DNA from: an uncultured Acidobacteriaceae bacterium
GTDB lineage: Bacteria > Acidobacteriota > Terriglobia > Terriglobales > Acidobacteriaceae
DNA: 64,000 nt
Direction of reading: 5' to 3'
Assembly: GCA_963831665.1 (NCBI GenBank)
Contig: CAWHRG010000009.1
Coordinates: 25,534-89,533 of the forward strand
Below, piece after piece: positions 9,983-20,383 of this stretch. The stretch's first letter is position 1. Each line of letters opens with the position of its first letter. Position numbers and translations under genes: made by a program. The notes under the pieces are model-generated. The model had not been told where the DNA came from and did not search any database. It saw only the letters and a list, made by a program, of their open reading frames with translations.

Positions 9983-10136
9983 ACGATTAGGCTACTACTC
10001 TCCGGTTCGGATGGCAGGGTTCGTCACGGGGATTCGAGGGGCAAGGCATAAAAACCGTAGTTGCTCTCTCGATTTTGATATGAGACGGAGGGCCAGGGAG
10101 TTTGTCTGGGCTCTCGATCGTTTTAATCCGACGGAC

Positions 10137-10172
10137 GTCACATTTTCTGTGGTATCGCCACAGAAGCGTGAC
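10137..10172. promoter_or_regulatory. Inverted repeat, candidate PadR operator
   Basis: GTCAC-ATT-TTCTGTGG-TATCG-CCACAGAA-GC-GTGAC about 30 nt upstream of padR. Confidence 0.5.
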
Positions 10173-10202
10173 ATACTGATGTGGCCATAACACAGGACGG
10201 AT

Positions 10203-10553
10203 ATGACGCAGACAAAACTTGATCTTTTGCAGGGGACGCTGGACCTGATGGTGTTGCAGACGCTGGCGAGCATGGGGTCGCTGCATGGATATGGGATTGC
10301 GCGGCGCATTGAGCAGGTGAGTGGGGACGAGGTGCTGCTGAATCAGGGAACGATCTATGCGTCGCTGGTGCGGCTGCAGCAAAGGAAGTGGATTTCGGCG
10401 GAGTGGGGCACGTCGGACAACAACCGTAAGGCGAAGTACTACTCGATTACGAAGGAAGGACGCGGACAGCTGGCCAAGGATGCTGCTTACTGGCGCAGGC
10501 TGACGAGTGTGATGGGACGGGTGCTGTCGGCGTCGGCCGGGGAGGAGATGTGA
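10203..10553 (+). CDS. PadR-family transcriptional regulator (acidobacterial type)
   Basis: LLQGTLDLMVL, HGYGIARRIEQ, NQGTIYASLVRL, NNRKAKYY. Confidence 0.92.
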   Translation: MTQTKLDLLQGTLDLMVLQTLASMGSLHGYGIARRIEQVSGDEVLLNQGTIYASLVRLQQRKWISAEWGTSDNNRKAKYYSITKEGRGQLAKDAAYWRRLTSVMGRVLSASAGEEM

Positions 10554-13196
10554 TGAACCTGCAAGAGATCTTTGGTCGGGTGAGTTCGTTCTTTCATAAA
10601 CCGGAGCGAGACGCAGAGCTGGATGCGGAGATGCAGGCACACCTGGAGATGGCGACCGACGAAAATCTGAAGTAAGGGGATGGATCCGAAGGAGGCGCAG
10701 AGGCAGGCGTTGATTCGGTTCGGCGGTGTGGATCGGGCCAAGGAGGAGCAACGTGCGAGCCGTGGGCTGCCGTGGCTGGATGTGTTGCTGCAGGACCTGC
10801 GTTACACGCTGCGGACGCTGAAGAGAGATCCGATGTTTTCCGTGATTGCGGTGCTGATTCTGGCGCTTGGAATTGGGGCGAACATTGCGGTGTTCAGCGT
10901 GGTAAATGCGATCCTTTTGCGGCCGCTACCGTTTCACGAGCCGGATAGGCTGGTGTGGATTGCTCCGGCGGATGCGAATGGATTGTCGGCCTCGACGTAT
11001 TCCGCAGATGCGTATGATGACCTGCTGGCAATGAATAAGTCGTATGAGGATGTGACGGGATATTTTGCGTTTTCGACGAACGACAACTTTAAGTTGACGG
11101 GACATGGAGATCCGAAACCGATAACGGGCATCTCGGTTGCACAGAACTTCTTCACAACGCTGGGCGTGACGCCGGAGCTGGGACGCTCTTTTACGAAAGA
11201 GGAGGCGGTTAAGGGTGGGCCGTCAGTGGTGATGCTGTCTCACGCATTTTGGATGCGGCAGTTTGGCGGGGATCGCGGGATGATCGGGAGGCCGATCACT
11301 TTAAATAATGCACCGGTGACCGTGGCGGGTGTGCTGCCGGATACGTTTGATTTTGGCGCGGTGTTTTCGCCCGGGACGAAAGTAGATATTTTTTTACCGG
11401 TGGTGATGGATGAGATTCGTCCCTGGGGAAATACGCTGGCGCTGATTGGGAGGCTTAAGCCGGGAGTGAGCCTGGCGCAGGCGCAGGCCGAGGCGAAGGT
11501 ACTGTTTCCCAAGTTTTACTGGAGTAAAAAATATCCGGAATCGGTCGGTGGCTATACGGCGAGGCCGTTTGAACTGAAGCAGTATGTGAGTGGCAAGTTG
11601 CGGCGGTCGCTCATTGTGTTGTGGTGTGCGGTGGGGATGATTCTGCTAATTGTGTGCGTGAATCTCTCGAACCTGATGTTGGCGCGGGCTGCGGCACGGA
11701 ATAAGGAGTTTGCGCTGCGTAGCGCTTTGGGTGCAGGGCGCGGTCGATTGGTGCGGCAGCTTTTGACGGAGAGCATGGTGTTGGCGGGGATGGGGGCTGT
11801 GCTGGGACTAATGCTGGCGTTTGGGATTACGTCGTATCTTGCGCACCAGGGGTCGCTTGCGTTGCCGTTGCTGAGCAGTGTGAGGGTCGATGGAGCAGCG
11901 CTTGTGTGGACGGTTGGGATCAGCGTTGGTGCGGCTGTGTTGTTCGGGTTGTTGCCGGGGCTGAAGATGTCGGCAAGCAATCTGCAGGAGGCGCTGAAGG
12001 ACTCTGGGCCGGGCGTGAGCGATGGGCGGAATCACGAGCGGCTGCGTTCGGCGCTGGTGATCTCGGAGGTAGCGCTGGCTTGCGTGCTGCTGGTCGGTGC
12101 GGGTTTGCTGCTGCGAAGCTTTATGCGGGTGCTGGATGTTGATCTGGGCTTCCAGCCTTCGACTGCGGCTGCGATCAAGGTGGACTATGATGACGGCGGC
12201 AAGTCGGAGAAGAGGGATGCAATTCTGCAGGAGATGATTCGGCGGGTGAGTGCTATTCCGGGGGTCGAAGCGGCGGGGGTATCGGACAATCTGCCTCTGG
12301 AACGCAATCGTGGGTGGGGTGGGCCACGAGCGAAGGGAAAAACCTACAAGGATAACGAGGTTCCGGGGGCGTTCGTTTATATCGTGTCGCCGGGGTATGT
12401 GAAGGCGATGGGGATGCGGCTGCGTGGACGTGACTTTGGATGGCAGGATGATATGAAGGGTGAGAGTACGGTCATCCTGAATCAGAAGGCGGCGAACTTT
12501 GTTGCGCCGGGTGAAGACGCGGTCGGGAAAATGGTCCTGATTAATAAGAAAGAAGTGAAGGTGATCGGCGTGGTTGCGGATGTACATGAGACCAACGTCG
12601 AGGGCACGGCAGGGGAGCAGATGTATCTGCCAACGATGCGTGATGAGTGGGGGCCGGATGGCGCGGAGCTTGTGGTGCGGTCGAAGCTGCCGCCGGAGCA
12701 GCTTGCGGGTAGTGTGATGCGGACGTTGCGTGAGATGAATCCGAATCAGGCGGCTGTAGAATTTCGGCCGATACAGGGGATTGTGAATCGTGCGGTATCG
12801 CCGAGACGGTTCTTTGTGCTACTGGTGGGTGCGTTTGCGGGGCTTGGATTGTTTCTGGCTTCGTTGGGGATTTATGGCGTGATCTCCTACTCGGTGACGC
12901 GGCGGACGCAGGAGATTGGCATACGGATGGCGTTGGGAGCGTCGGCGGGCAGGGTACAGGCCGGAGTGATTGTGAAGACACTGCAGTTGGCAGCGATGGG
13001 AATTGTCGTTGGAGTTCTGGCGTCGATGCTGGTGGCCAATATGATCGCATCGCTTCTGTTTGGGACTGCGCCGACGGACCCGGTTACGTTTCTGGCGATG
13101 GTTCTGGTGCTGGCATGTGTTGCTGCGGTGGCCGGGTATATTCCGGCCAGGCGGGCTTCGCGGATCAATCCGATGGTGGCTCTGCGAAATAACTGA
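10553..13196 (+). CDS. ADOP-type ABC transporter permease (MacB/FtsX duplicated), +1 frameshift at 10673
   Basis: ATG overlaps the padR stop; DAELDAEMQAHLEM N-terminus joins MDPKEAQRQA after removing T10673; ends ASRINPMVALR. Confidence 0.9.
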
Positions 13197-13318
13197 TTCG
13201 CAAGATTTATTCGCCGGGGAAGAGGGAGATGGGTAGCTCCCTTTTTAATGATCATGGGTGTCGCACCGCATACAATCGGGCTGAGAAGAAAGTCCTCGAG
13301 CCAGCCGAGAGTGCCCTC

Positions 13319-14704
13319 ATGCCCTACAGTCATACAGTCCGCGGCGTAAAGCACACGTTTGCGGATCTGCGATCGCTTCTGGCGCGGGCCTCGCCTATGC
13401 GCTCGGGCGACCAGCTTGCCGGCATCGCAGCGGCAGACGCCGAGGAGCGTGTGATTGCGCAGATGACGCTGGCTGAGCTTCCATTGAGCGCCTTTCGAGA
13501 GGAAGCCGTCGTTCCCTATGAAAGCGATGCGGTCACACGGCTGATCTTCGACGCGCAAGACAAGGACGCATTTGCGCCGGTTGCCGACCTTACCGTGGGT
13601 GAGTTGCGCGACTGGCTGCTCTCGGACAAGTGCACCGGCGAACGGATTGCGGAGCTGGCACCGGGTCTGATGCCGGAGATGGCCGCCGCGGTTTCCAAAC
13701 TGATGCGGGTGCAGGATCTGATTTATGTCGCGCGGAAGATCTCTGTTGTAACGCGGTTTCGTACTACGGTCGGCTTACCGGGAAGGCTTTCGACGCGGCT
13801 GCAGCCGAACCATCCGACGGACGATCCTGTTGGCATTGCGGCCAGCATGCTCGACGGTCTGTTACTTGGTTCCGGTGATGCAGTGATCGGCATCAATCCG
13901 GTCTCGGACAACGTGGCTACGGTGACCACGTTGCTGCAGCTGATGGATCATGTGCGTATACGCTACGGGATCCCAACGCAAAGCTGCGTGCTGGCTCATG
14001 TCACGACGCAGATGGAGGCGATGCGGCGGGGCGCGCCGCTGGATCTGCTCTTTCAGTCGATTGCCGGCACGGAGGCTGCGAATACGTCGTTTGGCGTTAG
14101 TCTGGAGGTGCTTGACGAAGCGCTCGCGATGGCCAGGGAGCTGAAGCGTGGCGGCATCGGCGCTGAGACTGGCGGCGAAAACATCTTCTACTTTGAGACG
14201 GGACAAGGGAGCGCTCTCTCCGCCAATGCGCACCATGGCGTCGATCAACAGACGCTGGAAGCGCGCGCGTATGGCGTTGCGCGGCACTATCGGCCGATGC
14301 TGGTTAACACGGTGGTGGGCTTTATTGGTCCGGAATATCTATACGACGGCAAACAGATTCTGCGAGCCGGGCTGGAAGACCATTTCTGCGGCAAGCTGCT
14401 GGGCCTGCCGATGGGATGCGACATCTGCTATACCAACCACGCGGAGGCCGATCAGGACGATATGGATGCGTTGCTGACTATGCTGGGCGCGGCCGGGGTG
14501 AACTACATCATGGGTGTGCCGGGCGCCGACGACATTATGCTGAACTACCAGAGCACGTCCTTTCATGATGCGCTGTATCTTCGCCGGCTGCTTGGGCTGC
14601 GGCCCGCTCCGGAGTTTGAGGCGTGGCTGGCAAGCGATGCATGCCGACAGCTCCACTCGATAGGACAACCCGGAGCACTGCTGCCTGCGCTGGGTTCCGT
14701 ATGA
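13319..14704 (+). CDS. eutB: Ethanolamine ammonia-lyase large subunit
   Basis: RSGDQLAG, RLQPNHPTDD, YFETGQGSALS, CDICYTNHAEADQDD. Confidence 0.95.
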   Translation: MPYSHTVRGVKHTFADLRSLLARASPMRSGDQLAGIAAADAEERVIAQMTLAELPLSAFREEAVVPYESDAVTRLIFDAQDKDAFAPVADLTVGELRDWLLSDKCTGERIAELAPGLMPEMAAAVSKLMRVQDLIYVARKISVVTRFRTTVGLPGRLSTRLQPNHPTDDPVGIAASMLDGLLLGSGDAVIGINPVSDNVATVTTLLQLMDHVRIRYGIPTQSCVLAHVTTQMEAMRRGAPLDLLFQSIAGTEAANTSFGVSLEVLDEALAMARELKRGGIGAETGGENIFYFETGQGSALSANAHHGVDQQTLEARAYGVARHYRPMLVNTVVGFIGPEYLYDGKQILRAGLEDHFCGKLLGLPMGCDICYTNHAEADQDDMDALLTMLGAAGVNYIMGVPGADDIMLNYQSTSFHDALYLRRLLGLRPAPEFEAWLASDACRQLHSIGQPGALLPALGSV

Positions 14705-15504
14705 GCAATGACTCCTCTGCTATCGCGAAAGAGAAGCCGGGCCTTGGCGATGCATTACGGAGGTATACGACTGCGCGGGTTTCGCTGGGTCAGGCCGGCC
14801 CGGCGATCCCAACATCCGAGCAACTCCGCTTCCAGCTTGATCATGCGCTTGCCCGCGATGCTGTTCATGCACGGCTTGATGTGGCGGGGTTGCTGCAGGG
14901 GTTGCGGGAGCGACAGATGGAATGTCTTGCGCTGCGGAGCGCGGTTGCTGGCGAAGCCGGGCAGGATGACCGTCAGATTTACCTGCGCCGACCGGACCTC
15001 GGCCGTGCTCTGTGTCCGGACTCCGCGCAGGAGTTGCAGCAGTATTCCGCGAGTGTTCTGGAATGGCCCAACGTTGTCTTTGTGATCGCCGACGGTCTCT
15101 CCGCGCTCGCAGTGGAACGCCATGCGCTTCCGCTGCTGGACAGAATGGTTTGCGATCTCGGTTCGGAGCAGTGGCGTGTGGGCCCGGTATGCATTGTTAG
15201 CCAGGGCCGCGTGGCTATAGGGGACGAGATTGGGGCGCTATTGCGGGCAAAACTTGTCGTTATGTTGATCGGAGAGCGTCCCGGCCTGAGTGCGCCAGAC
15301 TCGCTGGGCGTCTACATCACCTGGAAGCCGCGCCCCGGCCGCACAGACGCGGAGCGTAACTGCATCTCCAACATCCGGCATGCGGGTCTGAGCTATGCGG
15401 ATGCGGCGCAGCGGATTGTCTTCTACATGAATGAAGCGACACGTCTTCAATGCACGGGCATTACGCTAAAGGAGAATACGACACCGTTCTTTCCAGCGAG
15501 TTAG
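14701..15504 (+). CDS. eutC: Ethanolamine ammonia-lyase small subunit
   Basis: TTARVSLGQAG, DHALARDAV, YLRRPDLGR, ADGLSA, LIGERPGLS. Confidence 0.95.
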   Translation: MSNDSSAIAKEKPGLGDALRRYTTARVSLGQAGPAIPTSEQLRFQLDHALARDAVHARLDVAGLLQGLRERQMECLALRSAVAGEAGQDDRQIYLRRPDLGRALCPDSAQELQQYSASVLEWPNVVFVIADGLSALAVERHALPLLDRMVCDLGSEQWRVGPVCIVSQGRVAIGDEIGALLRAKLVVMLIGERPGLSAPDSLGVYITWKPRPGRTDAERNCISNIRHAGLSYADAAQRIVFYMNEATRLQCTGITLKENTTPFFPAS

Positions 15505-15554
15505 TTGATCCCAAGGAACGAATCACTCGCGGAAGATGGACAGTCGAATGCCGA

Positions 15555-15884
15555 TTAGGTGGTGACTCCGTTTCCGTTCCCGTTCGAATGATTCTTTTGG
15601 ACGACCTTCCAGACAAAGAGGAACTGCTCGTCGCTTGATGTGGCCAAATTGATGGCCTTTTGACGTGCAGCTCTGCTGAGAGCAGAGCGAATGTTCTCCT
15701 TCGTGTCAGGAAGCTCCGAGAGAGGAATCTTCAGGGCCGATCCTTCGCTTAGCTGAGCAATGTCGTTTAACAGCTGCGAAACAATCTCTTTGTGTTTGCC
15801 TTCTCTGCCTTTTGGAACATCGACCTGAAGTATGGACTGAAATTTCATGGGGGCGACGGCAGACATTTCATCGTTGCTATCCAT
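15555..15884 (-). CDS. Small hypothetical protein, possible DNA-binding fold
   Basis: 109-aa ORF with GGAGA SD upstream; helix/strand pattern ending ...FLFVW. Function is inferred only. Confidence 0.65.
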   Translation of the reverse strand: MDSNDEMSAVAPMKFQSILQVDVPKGREGKHKEIVSQLLNDIAQLSEGSALKIPLSELPDTKENIRSALSRAARQKAINLATSSDEQFLFVWKVVQKNHSNGNGNGVTT

Positions 15885-15904
15885 GATCTTCTCCTCGCGT
15901 AATA

Positions 15905-15951
15905 GTCACGTTAACGTAACGGATGTGACGCTAACGTAACGCAAACGTGAC
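15905..15951. promoter_or_regulatory. Array of YGTRAC hexamers, candidate operator
   Basis: Direct copies at 15915, 15924, 15935, 15946 and an inverted copy at 15905. Confidence 0.45.
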
Positions 15952-16053
15952 CATAATCTAATGTCGACGCAAAAGAGTCAAGCGGAATTTTCCACCAGAC
16001 CTAAACCTTTTCTGTAAACGACAGATACTAAAGAGTTAACCCGTATTGATTCA

Positions 16054-16605
16054 ATGTTGCTAAGGTTGAATTCAGAGGTGCTCGCCATGATGCGTGCATT
16101 GAACTATGAAGTGATTCCAGTGCACGAGGTGCCCTGGAACGAGTCGATAAGCTTCCCTGAGCAGCGTGAACCAGTCGTGCTGGTGGTAGATGATGAGCAC
16201 GTTATCGCTGATACTCTGTCGAAGATTCTTTCGATGAGCGGCTACAAGGTCCTAACTGCCTATAACGGCAGGAGCGCGCTTGAGCTCGTACGCTCCTCTC
16301 CTCCGGCGCTTCTTATTACGGACGTGGTCATGCCTGGGATGACCGGAATTGAATTGGCAATCACGTTGGTGAAAGCTATTCCGGACTGCAAGGTCCTGTT
16401 GTTTTCTGGTCAGGCCGCAACGGCGGATATGCTCACGACGGCGCGGGATATGGGATACGACTTCTCACTGCTCGCGAAACCAGTACACCCGACTGATATG
16501 CTCCGACGCGTCAGGGAGAGTTTCGAGGTTCAAGAGATGGCTGCCACGTTTAACGCGTCGGCGGAGACAATATTTCACCCCGGTTCATCCGACTTTGTTT
16601 CTTAA
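16054..16605 (+). CDS. Receiver-only response regulator
   Basis: VLVVDDEHVIADTL, ITDVVMPGMTG, LLAKPVHP; start codon uncertain. Confidence 0.85.
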   Translation: MLLRLNSEVLAMMRALNYEVIPVHEVPWNESISFPEQREPVVLVVDDEHVIADTLSKILSMSGYKVLTAYNGRSALELVRSSPPALLITDVVMPGMTGIELAITLVKAIPDCKVLLFSGQAATADMLTTARDMGYDFSLLAKPVHPTDMLRRVRESFEVQEMAATFNASAETIFHPGSSDFVS

Positions 16606-18346
16606 TCATTCTCCGGGGGCGAGATGACCTGCGCCAACGGGTGGGGCGTCGCGCTCGACTGGTTCGATGATGGCTCCGGCTAGTTGGGCGCGGAGGGTGT
16701 CGTCATCGGTGCGATCGAAGTAGTGGCGGAGGTCTTCGCCGGGGGTGCGGACGGCGAGATAGCCGGTGAGAAGGCGCTCGATGGCGTCGGGGACCTCGGT
16801 GGCAGCGACGCGGTAGCCGAGAGGACGTGCGGGGCGAGCGTATTTGCCGACGGAGCCGCCGACGCAGAAGAAGAAGGCGTCGACTAGCTGGCCGTCTTTC
16901 TTGATCTTTTTGCCCTCGAGGCCGATGTCGGCGATCCAGTGCTGGCCGCAGGAGTTGGTGCAGCCGGTGACGTGGAGGCGAATCTGCTGGTCGAAGCCGG
17001 GGAGGCGGTCTTCGAGCTCATTGATGAGCCATTTGTTGAAGCCCTTGGTCTCGGCGATGGCGAGCTTGCAGAACTCGGTGCCGGTGCAGGCGATGGCGCC
17101 GCGCCAGAAGGCCGAGACGTCGACCTGCAGGCCGAGGGTGTTGAGCTCGATAACGAGGGCGGCAGTCTCGCGGTCAGGGACGTTGACGATGAGAATATTC
17201 TGGCCGATGGTGGCGCGGAGCTGGCCGTTGCCGTACTTGTCGGCGAGATCGGCCAGAGCGATGAGCTGATCGCCGGAGAGGCGTCCGTTGAGCACGGAGG
17301 CTCCGACGGAGGAGAGGCCGGGCTGACGCTGCTGGGTGATGCCTACGTGGTCGCGGTAGATGTCGGCAGGGACGACGTCGGCGGAGAGCGGGTTGGGATC
17401 GAGCTTGTAGCCGAGCTTTTCTTCGAGAGCGGCGAGGAAGGACTCCGGAGTCCAGCCGTGGCGCATGAAGAGGTACTTGATGCGGGCGCGGGTGCGGTTC
17501 TCGCGAAGTTCGGACTGCTCCTTAAAGATGCGGACGACGGCAGTGACGACTTCGAGGGCCTTGTCCTGCGGGATGAAGGCGGGGATGCGTTCGGCGATGT
17601 GAGGTTCGGTGGAAAGGCCGCCGCCGACGCGGAGGGTGTAGCCGATCTCTTCGGTGACGTTGCCATCGTTTCCGATGACAGACCGTTTGATGGCGGTGAG
17701 GGCTACGTCGTTGATCTCCGGGTAGGTGCACCAGACGGGGCAGCCGGTGACGGAGATCTTGAACTTGCGGGGTAGGTTGTAGAACTCGGGGTTTGCGGTG
17801 AGGTGATGCGCGATCTCGACGGCGAGAGGGCTGGAGTCGATGAGCTCGGTGTGGTCGAGGCCGGCGAGGGGGCAGCCGGTGACATTGCGTACGACGTCGC
17901 CGCAGGCTCCCTTGGGGCTGAGGCCCACGGCGGTGAGGGCGTCTACGACCTCGACGAGGCCGGAGAGGGTGAGCCAGTGGAGCTGGATGTTCTGGCGGGT
18001 GGTGATGTCAGCGAGATTGCGGGCGTACTTCTGAGTAAGCTGGCCGATGACACGGGTCTGCTCACTGGTGAGGATGCCGTTGGGCAGTCCGATACGCATC
18101 ATGAAGAACTCTGTGGCTTTGCCTTCGCCATTTGCGCCACCGGTGACGCCGAGGCCGTCGCCCTGGGTGTAGACGCCCCACCACTTGAAATACAGGCCGG
18201 TCCACTCGGGCAGGACTGAGTCCCGGCCGTGGCGGGCGAACTCACGCACTTCGTCCCACGCTTCCCAGGGATTTTTGGCGAGCTTGAAGTCGCTCGGACT
18301 TCTGGGCCTTGGTTTCTTTGGGGAGGGCTGCGGGCTGAGTGGACAT
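16606..18346 (-). CDS. Ferredoxin-type sulfite/nitrite reductase (SirA/CysI-like), +1 frameshift near 18287
   Basis: GACGDVVRNV, NLPRKFKI, ACTGTEFC and VTGCTNSCGQ siroheme/4Fe-4S motifs. The N-terminus MSTQPAAL (SD AAAGGA) lies in the adjacent frame. Confidence 0.9.
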
Positions 18347-18376
18347 TGGATGATCCTTTGAATTGGCCTGAAATAG

Positions 18377-18402
18377 AAAAAGCCCACACTGTGTAGGTGG
18401 GC
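18377..18402 (-). terminator. Intrinsic terminator / attenuator in the 5' leader of the sulfite reductase gene
   Basis: Minus strand GCCCAC-CTACACAGT-GTGGGC-TTTTT, about 30 nt upstream of the ATG. Confidence 0.7.
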
Positions 18403-18441
18403 GCTGTGTAGCTTTGCGGGTAGGTTCGGACTTGAAAAAGT

Positions 18442-18525
18442 CTACGAATCGAGGCAAAGGCGACGGCGCACGAGGTCGCAACAACAGATACACATGCGAC
18501 AAGCGGTCGTGCGGTAATTCGCCAT
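18442..18525 (-). CDS. Cys-rich leader peptide MANYRTTACRMCICCCDLVRRRLCLDS (not in ORF track)
   Basis: ATG at 18525, TAG at 18442; 6 Cys in 27 aa including a C-I-C-C-C run; upstream of the terminator and the sulfur-assimilation gene. Confidence 0.75.
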   Translation of the reverse strand: MANYRTTACRMCICCCDLVRRRLCLDS

Positions 18526-18533
18526 TGTCTTAA

Positions 18534-18562
18534 AGGCTATCTGGGTTGAGGGCTGACGTCAA
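18534..18562 (-). promoter_or_regulatory. Sigma70-type promoter for the leader
   Basis: TTGACG (18562-18557) - N17 - TAGCCT (18539-18534), 8 nt before the uORF ATG. Confidence 0.6.
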
Positions 18563-18709
18563 GTGAAGGAGCAGCTGCGTTTCGAGATTTTGATGTGTAT
18601 GGGCACCAGTGCAGGCGCTATCTGACCCGCACAAAAATATGAATCTACAGGGCTTTCCTCTGCTAAGATCGCCGGATCGGAAAACTACCGAGTCACGGGG
18701 TCGGCCGTC

Positions 18710-20374
18710 ATGGTGCTTGAGCAGCTTCCAAACCACGACCAAATCTGGGACCTTTGCATTGTTGGATCTGGACCCGTGGGCATATCTCTCGCGCTGGAGT
18801 TCGAGCGGCTAGGGCGCGACGTTCTTGTGCTGGAGTCCGGCGGAAGCGAAGTCGATCCGAAGAGAGCGGAAGACAGTCATGCGACGATTGTTGACCCGCG
18901 GCATCACGCTCCCATGGAATTAACTGTCCGTCGTGCCCTTGGTGGCACGTCGTGGCTCTGGGGAGGACGGTGTGTCCCCTATAACGCCATGGATTTTACG
19001 AAGCGTGACTTTGTTCCCGAGTCGGATTGGCCGATTCGCCACGAAGATATCGAACCCTGGTACAAAGCGGCGTGCGAGTACATGCTGTGTGTCGACGACA
19101 GCTTTCAGATGCCGTTCAGCCGCGAAATCAATGACGATCTGATCCTGGACGGTGTCGAGCGATGGTCTACTGAATGCCACTTAATGCGGGTTCACCGCAA
19201 ACGCCTGGAGAAGTCGGAAAGAATCAAAATCTGTCTGAACAGTACGGTGATTGATCTGGACTTAGGTGAGGATGGGCGGTGCGTTGAGAGCGCCGTTGTC
19301 GCAACTCCAAGTGGCAAGGTCAGAGTTAAGGCGCGGTGCATAATCCTCGCAACCGGAGGAGTGGAGGCGACGCGCCTTCTGTTGACTGTGCAACGATGCT
19401 GGCCGGATCACTTTGGGGGAACGGGTGGTCCACTCGGGCGTTATTACATGGGTCATCTCGGCGGCGCGATCTCCAGCCTGGTCTTCGATGATCCTCGTAG
19501 CAGCGCTGCATTCGATTGGGTGCTCGACGCAAACGGAGTCTATTACAGGCGGCGATTTATGCTGCCGGCGAAGGTTCAACTGGAAAACAAAGTTCTGAAT
19601 TCCGGATTCTGGCTCGACAATGCTCAGTTTTTTGATCCCAGGCACGGCAGTGGAATTCTTTCTGCATTTTTTTTGGCCTTGGCTGTCCCTGCCATCGGGA
19701 GGCGGATACGGTCGGAAGAAGTCCGGCTTGTCGAGGTCGGGCCAAGGCCGTATCCAGTCGGTGCGCACTTGATCAATACCGTGCGGGATGCGCCAGGCAC
19801 TGCGAGAGACGCGTATATGGCCCTTCGCGATCGCGTTTTCAAGAAACCCAGGAAGCCTGGCTTTACCTTCCTCAACCGGGGCGGCAGATTTATCCTGCGC
19901 TACCATTCGGAGCAGGTACCGAATCCCGAGAGCCGGATTGTTTTGACGGACGAAGTGGACCGGCACGGTCTCCCTCGTGTGTCGATTGATTTCCGGTTCA
20001 GCAACCAGGATACCCGTAGCGTCGTCGACTCTCATCGCCTGCTGGATACAGCTCTTCAAAACAATAAGATTGGACATCTGGAGTTTTGGTATCCGCCGGA
20101 ACAATTACAGGACCGCGTGATGGAACAGGCGACGGACGGCCATCATCAGATGGGTGTCACAAGGATGGGAGACGATCCCAGGGAGAGCGTCGTCGATTCA
20201 AATCTGAAGGTGCACGGAGTGGACAATTTGTACGTAGTTTCCGCGGGTGTCTATCGAACAGGCAGTCAGGCGAACTCGACTTTGCTTGCAGTTGCACTTG
20301 GCATGCGGCTTGCCGGCCATCTCAACTGCACCTCGGGGAATCTCGATCAGGTTACGATATCCAGTCAGACTTAG
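18710..20374 (+). CDS. GMC-family FAD-dependent oxidoreductase
   Basis: IVGSGPVG Rossmann motif, ALGGTSWLWGG, HHQMGVTRMG, VHGVDNLYV, ANSTL. Confidence 0.88.
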   Translation: MVLEQLPNHDQIWDLCIVGSGPVGISLALEFERLGRDVLVLESGGSEVDPKRAEDSHATIVDPRHHAPMELTVRRALGGTSWLWGGRCVPYNAMDFTKRDFVPESDWPIRHEDIEPWYKAACEYMLCVDDSFQMPFSREINDDLILDGVERWSTECHLMRVHRKRLEKSERIKICLNSTVIDLDLGEDGRCVESAVVATPSGKVRVKARCIILATGGVEATRLLLTVQRCWPDHFGGTGGPLGRYYMGHLGGAISSLVFDDPRSSAAFDWVLDANGVYYRRRFMLPAKVQLENKVLNSGFWLDNAQFFDPRHGSGILSAFFLALAVPAIGRRIRSEEVRLVEVGPRPYPVGAHLINTVRDAPGTARDAYMALRDRVFKKPRKPGFTFLNRGGRFILRYHSEQVPNPESRIVLTDEVDRHGLPRVSIDFRFSNQDTRSVVDSHRLLDTALQNNKIGHLEFWYPPEQLQDRVMEQATDGHHQMGVTRMGDDPRESVVDSNLKVHGVDNLYVVSAGVYRTGSQANSTLLAVALGMRLAGHLNCTSGNLDQVTISSQT

Positions 20375-20383
20375 ACGCACTCC

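Noticed and set aside
18242-18502. 86-aa ORF MSHVYLLL... upstream of the reductase
   Set aside because: It spans the leader and terminator and only becomes meaningful from Met53, the true reductase N-terminus before the frameshift.
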